Source of the DNA: Sinorhizobium meliloti
GTDB lineage: Bacteria > Pseudomonadota > Alphaproteobacteria > Rhizobiales > Rhizobiaceae
Length of the DNA: 32,000 bases
NCBI RefSeq assembly: GCF_017876815.1
Contig: NZ_JAGIOS010000001.1
Span: 540,001-572,000 of the forward strand
Reading direction: 5' to 3'
A model generated the notes under the pieces. It saw only the letters and a list, made by a program, of their open reading frames with translations. It was not told the origin of the DNA and did not search any database. Below, piece by piece: positions 27,946-32,000 of this stretch (position 1 is the first letter of the stretch; each line of letters begins with the position of its first letter). The translations under genes and the position numbers were made by a program.

Positions 27946-29133
27946 TTAGCGGAAGAGCGACAGGACGTTCTGCGAGTCCGAGTTGGCGATCGACAGGGCC
28001 TGGATGGCGAGCTGCTGCTGGGTCTGCAGGGCCTTGAGGCGGGTCGACTCCTCGTTCATGTCCGCGTCGACGAGACGGCCGACGCCCGACTCGATCGAGT
28101 CCGAGAGCTTGTTGACGAATTCGCTCTGCAGGTCGATGCGCGAGGAGATGGAGCCGAGCGAGGCGGCAGCGCTGGTCATGTCTGTCAAAGCGGCGTCGAC
28201 ACCGCTGATCAGGGCATCGAGCGCAGCTGCACCCATTCCGACGATGTTGATGTTCGCGACCGACTGGCCGGCCGAAACGTTGGCGGCAGGAGCGTTGCCG
28301 ACATCGACGACCCAGCTGTCTGCAGTGATGGTACCAGCTGCCGTCGTGGTGGCGGCGATTTCTTGACCGGTGGCGCCGGTTGCAGCGGTCTCAGCCCGAA
28401 CCCAGACGTTTTCGACCTTGACGTAGCTGTTACCGCCCTGAAGAGCATAGTTGCCCTGGAACTCCGCACCGGCTTCGGTGAGGGACTCCAGCGAATAGGC
28501 AGCAACCGTATGCTGCGATTCGACGCCGTTGGTGTTGACCGTCAGCGTGACGCTTGCCTGCGAGACGTTGTAGACCTTGTCCAGAATGCCGGTATCGCCG
28601 ACCGTGTCGAAGAGAACCGAGTTGGCATTGAGGCTGTAATCGACCTTCTTGACGGCTACGGAACCGCTTGCGTCACGGACGAACGAGCCGACGACGCTCT
28701 TGGTGACGGCGCCGCCGCTGAGGTCCGCCTGCAGCCAGTTCTCACCGGAGAAGGAAGCCGCGTCGGCGATGCTCGTCAGCTGGTCCTTGAGCTGAGTGAT
28801 TTCTTCTTGGATCTTGGCCTTGTCGACGCCGTCTTCGGTGGCAGCTACGAGCTTGGCCTTGATTTCCTTAACGACTTCGATCGCCGATTCCATACCGGAA
28901 TAGGCGGTATCAACCTTGGCGGCGCCGAGGCCGAGGGCGTCCTGGACGGCCGAAAGGGCCTGGTTGTCGGAGCGCATGGTGGTCGCAATCGACCAGTAGG
29001 CGGCGTTGTCGGAGGCCGAACCGACGCGAAGGCCGGAGGAGATGCGGCTCTGCGTGTCTTCCATGCTGGAAGAGATCGAGCGCAGCGTCGAAAGCGCGGC
29101 CATTGCGGAGTTGTTGGTGAGAATGCTCGTCAT
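27946..29133 (-). CDS. flaA: Principal flagellin (395 aa)
   Basis: MTSILTNNSAMAALSTLRSISSSMEDTQSRISSGLRVGSASDNAAYWSIATTMRSDNQALSAVQDALGLGAAKVDTAYSGMESAIEVVKEIKAKLVAATEDGVDKAKIQEEI matches what I recall of Sinorhizobium FlaA. ATG at 29133 was chosen; the ORF track start at 29232 adds 33 non-flagellin residues. Confidence 0.95.
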   Translation of the reverse strand: MTSILTNNSAMAALSTLRSISSSMEDTQSRISSGLRVGSASDNAAYWSIATTMRSDNQALSAVQDALGLGAAKVDTAYSGMESAIEVVKEIKAKLVAATEDGVDKAKIQEEITQLKDQLTSIADAASFSGENWLQADLSGGAVTKSVVGSFVRDASGSVAVKKVDYSLNANSVLFDTVGDTGILDKVYNVSQASVTLTVNTNGVESQHTVAAYSLESLTEAGAEFQGNYALQGGNSYVKVENVWVRAETAATGATGQEIAATTTAAGTITADSWVVDVGNAPAANVSAGQSVANINIVGMGAAALDALISGVDAALTDMTSAAASLGSISSRIDLQSEFVNKLSDSIESGVGRLVDADMNEESTRLKALQTQQQLAIQALSIANSDSQNVLSLFR

Positions 29134-29162
29134 ATTCATTGTCCCTACGAAATACTGATTGG

Positions 29163-29216
29163 GGGGACATACCGGACTGAAAATCGCTACCGGTCCCGAC
29201 GGTCCGGCATCATGCC
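29163..29216 (-). promoter_or_regulatory. Conserved flagellin leader/promoter module (flaA copy)
   Basis: On the sense strand: GGCATGATGCC ... GGACCGGTAGCGATTTTCAGTCCGGTATGTCCCC. The 11-mer GGCATGATGCC is identical to the one upstream of flaD. Confidence 0.55.
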
Positions 29217-29402
29217 ACTCGGCTCCGCTCAACTCGTGATGGATACCAAACCCGTCGTGTGAGGACGAAATTCGCAGCCATTCATTGCCAAGTGTTTAAC
29301 CGGAGAAGGGCGTGCCCGGTCCCGGCGAAGGTGTGGTTAATCGCCTGTGAAATCCTATGCTTAACGGATTCTTGCCGGACCGCCGTGCCTGGCGGCGGGG
29401 CC

Positions 29403-30140
29403 TCAGATAAAGGAGCGCACGAGGCTGCCGACCAGCAGGTTCCAGCCGTCGATCAGCACGAAGAACAGGATCTTGAAGGGCAGCGAAATCGCCGTCGGGG
29501 GAAGCATCATCATGCCCATCGCCATGGTGATGGTCGCGACGATCAGGTCGATCACGAGGAAGGGCAGCATGATCAGGAAGCCGATCTCGAAGCCGCGGCG
29601 GATCTCCGAGATCATGAAGGCCGGCACGACGGCGCGCAGGTCCACCTTCTCGTCGACGACGACGGTCTGGCCCTTCTCCCGAGCGATGTCGATGAAGAGC
29701 TGCAGGTCCTTGTCGCGGGTATTGGCCAGCATGAATTCGCGGAAAGGCTCCGACATCCGCTGAATCGCATCCGTCTCGGAGATCTCGTTCTTCAGGAGCG
29801 GATCGATGCCGTCGCGCCAGGCGCGGTCGAAGGTCGGGGCCATGACGTAGAAGGTCATGAAGAGCGCGAGCGACACCATGATCATATTGGAGGGCGTCGT
29901 CGCCAGTCCCATGCCTGAGCGCAGGATCGCGAAGGCGATGACGAAGCGCGGGAAGCTCGTCACCATGATCAGGATGCCCGGGGCCACCGAAAGAACGGTC
30001 AGGAGGCCGAAGGTGCGGATGATCCACGAGGCGACGGAGCCGTCGACCGGCGTGTTCAGGATATCGGCGGGGAAGCTCTGAGCCCCGGCAATTCCCGACA
30101 TCGCCATCATGGCGATTATGAAGGTGGCAAACCGGAGCAT
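29403..30140 (-). CDS. fliP: Flagellar export apparatus protein FliP
   Basis: 245 aa with highly conserved FliP motifs (FPRFVIAFAILRSGMGL, PSNMIMVSLALFMTFYVM, GFEIGFLIMLPFLVIDLIVATITMAMGMMMLPP). Confidence 0.96.
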   Translation of the reverse strand: MLRFATFIIAMMAMSGIAGAQSFPADILNTPVDGSVASWIIRTFGLLTVLSVAPGILIMVTSFPRFVIAFAILRSGMGLATTPSNMIMVSLALFMTFYVMAPTFDRAWRDGIDPLLKNEISETDAIQRMSEPFREFMLANTRDKDLQLFIDIAREKGQTVVVDEKVDLRAVVPAFMISEIRRGFEIGFLIMLPFLVIDLIVATITMAMGMMMLPPTAISLPFKILFFVLIDGWNLLVGSLVRSFI

Positions 30141-30147
30141 CAGCGAA

Positions 30148-30639
30148 TCATTGGATGACGAAGGTGCGGAACATCACATTCGTTACGCGGCCCTCGGAGC
30201 GCAGGTCAACCCGCTCCTGGATGTCATCCCGGAGATATTGGAAGCCGCGCGGTCCTTGAATCTGCTGCAGCGACACGGTCTTCAGATAGGCTGCAATGTC
30301 CTGGTGTATCGTCTCCGCCAGTGCAACGTCGGGAGCGCCATCGAACTGGAGCGCGACCTCGAGGCGAACCCAGTTTTCGGCCGGATAGGCAAGGTTCGTC
30401 GTAATCGGATCGAGCTGCACGATGCCGTGTGCCACCGCTGACATTTTCGGTATGTCCTCCTCGCCGGTCGCGTTGGCAGGAAGCTCGGCCGCGGTTTCCG
30501 TCTTCTCGGACGGCGGCGGCGCGAGGAGCATGCCTGCAAGCCAGCCGCCACCGCCGGCGACGAGCGTCAGCACCGCCACGGCCGCGATGGTCATCAGCCG
30601 CGAGGTGGCCTTCGTTTCTTTGCTCTCGATTTCTTCCAT
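30148..30639 (-). CDS. fliL: Flagellar basal body-associated protein FliL
   Basis: 163 aa with a single N-terminal TM helix and FliL-like C-terminal motifs (VQLDPITTNLA, WVRLEVALQF, VTNVMFRTFVIQ). It lies between flgH and fliP. Confidence 0.88.
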   Translation of the reverse strand: MEEIESKETKATSRLMTIAAVAVLTLVAGGGGWLAGMLLAPPPSEKTETAAELPANATGEEDIPKMSAVAHGIVQLDPITTNLAYPAENWVRLEVALQFDGAPDVALAETIHQDIAAYLKTVSLQQIQGPRGFQYLRDDIQERVDLRSEGRVTNVMFRTFVIQ

Positions 30640-30654
30640 CGTGCTTCCGGCCGG

Positions 30655-31365
30655 TCAGAGGGGCGAGACGAGATCGACGAGCTGCTGGCCCCACGGCGGC
30701 TGCTGGACCTCCGTCAGGCGGCCGCGGCCGCCATAGGAGATGCGCGCCTCGGCGATGCGGTCGTAGGAAATGACGTTGTCGGCATCCACGTCGCGCGGCC
30801 GGACGATGCCTGCGACATTGAGGATGCGCAGCTCGTGGTTGACGCGCACTTCCTGCGAGCCGCTGATGAGCAGGTTGCCGTTTTCGAGGACGCCGGTCAC
30901 GACCGCGGCGACCAGCAGCCTGAGCTTCTCCGAACGCTCGGTCTTGCCGTCGCCTTCCGTCTTGGTGTTTGAGCCGTATTCGAGATCGCCCGACCAGGCG
31001 AAGTCGCTCGTCTGGGATTGTCCGCTGGCGCCGAGATTGAAGCCGCTCGAATTCTTGCGGCTGCGGTCCGTCTCGTTTTCAAAGGAGGCCTTGTCGTCGA
31101 TACGGATGTCGACCGTCAGTATGTCGCCGATATTGATCGCGCGGGCATCCTTGAAGAGGGCCGCCTGCTGGTCGTTCCAAAGCGAGTACCCGTTCGTGAC
31201 GTGGCGCGGCTGCTTCGGATACATGGCAAGCTGCGGCGTCTGCGTGTATTGCAGACCGCTGCCGATCGGGCTCATGGCCGGCGCCCGCCCGATCTCGTTG
31301 AAGGCCTGATTCTGGCAACCCGCCAGGAGCCCTGCGGCCAGTACGGCCGTGATGCGCGTTCTCAT
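30655..31365 (-). CDS. flgH: Flagellar L-ring lipoprotein FlgH
   Basis: Has a lipobox (LLAGC) and FlgH motifs (SLWNDQQAALFKDARAINIGDILTVDI, GNLLISGSQEVRVNHELRILNVAGIVRPRDV). Confidence 0.95.
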   Translation of the reverse strand: MRTRITAVLAAGLLAGCQNQAFNEIGRAPAMSPIGSGLQYTQTPQLAMYPKQPRHVTNGYSLWNDQQAALFKDARAINIGDILTVDIRIDDKASFENETDRSRKNSSGFNLGASGQSQTSDFAWSGDLEYGSNTKTEGDGKTERSEKLRLLVAAVVTGVLENGNLLISGSQEVRVNHELRILNVAGIVRPRDVDADNVISYDRIAEARISYGGRGRLTEVQQPPWGQQLVDLVSPL

Positions 31366-31901
31366 GATGGCTCCTTGGAGGTATTGGGATCGCTCGCGCT
31401 CGAAATGATGTTGGTCAGCACCGCTGCCCTTTCGTCGCTCATTTCGCTCAGGATCAGCGACGACTGGCGCGGCGGCAGGCGCATGACGATCGCGGCCGCG
31501 ATCTCCGGACGCACCATCTCGAGTTTGCCGGCGGCGGCATCCGGCTTCATCGTCTTGTAGATGTCGACAAGGCCGAGCTCCGCCTGTTTGAGGAAATCGT
31601 TGCGGCGCTTAAGCCAGTCCTCGTATTCCGCCCGACGCGTTTCCAGAGTCGCGATCCGCTCGTCGACATTCGCTCTCAGCTTCTCCAGGTCCTGGCGCTG
31701 CAGAACGTAGCGCTGGTCGCGCGCGGCGTCGGCGATATTGGTGCAGAACTTCTCGATTTCGCTCGCCGTCGCGCTGTCGGCCGGCGGCGCCGTGACGTCC
31801 TGCGCGAAAGCACCGGGCATCGAAAGCATGAGCGCGGCGGCGGCCGAGCCCAGGAGAACGCGGCGCGCCTTTCCGAAAAGACGATCGAAGTTTTCGGTCA
31901 T
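31362..31901 (-). CDS. motE: Periplasmic MotC chaperone MotE
   Basis: 179 aa with a signal peptide (AALMLSMPGAFAQ) and an MgtE-N/coiled-coil-like region. It lies between flgI and flgH, as in S. meliloti. It has ATGA overlaps at both ends. Confidence 0.8.
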   Translation of the reverse strand: MTENFDRLFGKARRVLLGSAAAALMLSMPGAFAQDVTAPPADSATASEIEKFCTNIADAARDQRYVLQRQDLEKLRANVDERIATLETRRAEYEDWLKRRNDFLKQAELGLVDIYKTMKPDAAAGKLEMVRPEIAAAIVMRLPPRQSSLILSEMSDERAAVLTNIISSASDPNTSKEPS

Positions 31902-32000
31902 TGCAGAACAAGCTCCGCCTGTAGGGCTCCCGCCGATTTGATGCTCTGGAGGATCGCGATGATCCCGTCCGGCTTGACGCCGATGCTGTTCAGGCCCGCG
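31898..32000 (-). CDS. flgI: Flagellar P-ring protein FlgI, C-terminal 33 codons only
   Basis: My own translation of the minus strand gives AGLNSIGVKPDGIIAILQSIKSAGALQAELVLQ*, a typical FlgI C-terminus. The TGA overlaps the motE ATG. It is absent from the ORF track because it is cut by the window edge. Confidence 0.8.
   Translation of the reverse strand, partial: AGLNSIGVKPDGIIAILQSIKSAGALQAELVLQ

Noticed and set aside
21851-29133. The regularly spaced repeated sequence blocks considered as a possible CRISPR or satellite array
   Set aside because: The repeats are ~1-kb protein-coding flagellin paralogues, each with its own promoter and terminator. They are not short direct repeats separated by unique spacers.
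29134-29232. N-terminal extensions in the ORF track (flaA to 29232, FliH-like ORF to 21786, transglycosylase to 17128, rod-binding ORF to 6758, GT2 from 3769, motB to 20881, folD to 3734)
   Set aside because: Homology or signal peptides begin at internal start codons that have Shine-Dalgarno sequences. The extensions cross promoter or terminator regions and have atypical composition.
27718-29262. 514-aa plus-strand ORF opposite flaA, with similar ORFs at 26979-27626, 23968-24333 and 21845-22909 opposite flaB, flaD and flaC
   Set aside because: These are mirror-frame artefacts of the flagellin genes. They recur opposite every paralogue only because the sense sequence is conserved.

Overview
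This window is almost entirely one half of an alpha-rhizobial (Sinorhizobium/Ensifer-type) chromosomal flagellar/motility regulon, and nearly all of it is encoded on the minus strand. Reading the minus strand from right to left the order is flgI (3' end), motE, flgH, fliL, fliP, four tandem flagellin genes (flaA, flaB, flaD, flaC), a FliH-like ORF, motB, motC, fliK (motD), a lytic transglycosylase, rem, flgE, flgK, flgL, flaF, flbT, flgD, fliQ, flhA, fliR, and four small flagellar-cluster ORFs. Gene names come from my recognition of the protein sequences and of the conserved S. meliloti gene order; no database search was run. To the left of the regulon lie a convergent family-2 glycosyltransferase, folD, a REP/RIME-like repeat mosaic and a 5'-truncated LacI-family regulator. 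Three mobile or selfish elements are not part of the core regulon. (1) An ~1.83 kb group II intron (24491-26320, minus strand) sits 7 nt downstream of the flaB terminator hairpin. It has recognisable GUGCG, domain V and domain VI signatures, and its RT/maturase ORF is broken by a frameshift and an in-frame stop. (2) An ISAs1-family IS (1165-2330) has a 10-bp target duplication. (3) A 412-bp MITE-like element (2345-2756) has perfect 23-bp terminal inverted repeats and a 10-bp duplication. The IS and the MITE-like element are inserted into overlapping positions of the same REP-like hairpin, and the empty site can be reconstructed by eye. All four flagellin genes share a conserved leader/promoter module, with identical spacing to the ATG in three of them. 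I found no CRISPR array, tRNA or rRNA gene, and no clear novel multi-gene system. The least-characterised coding content is the four-ORF tail of the regulon (5045-7171) and the FliH-like ORF upstream of motB.
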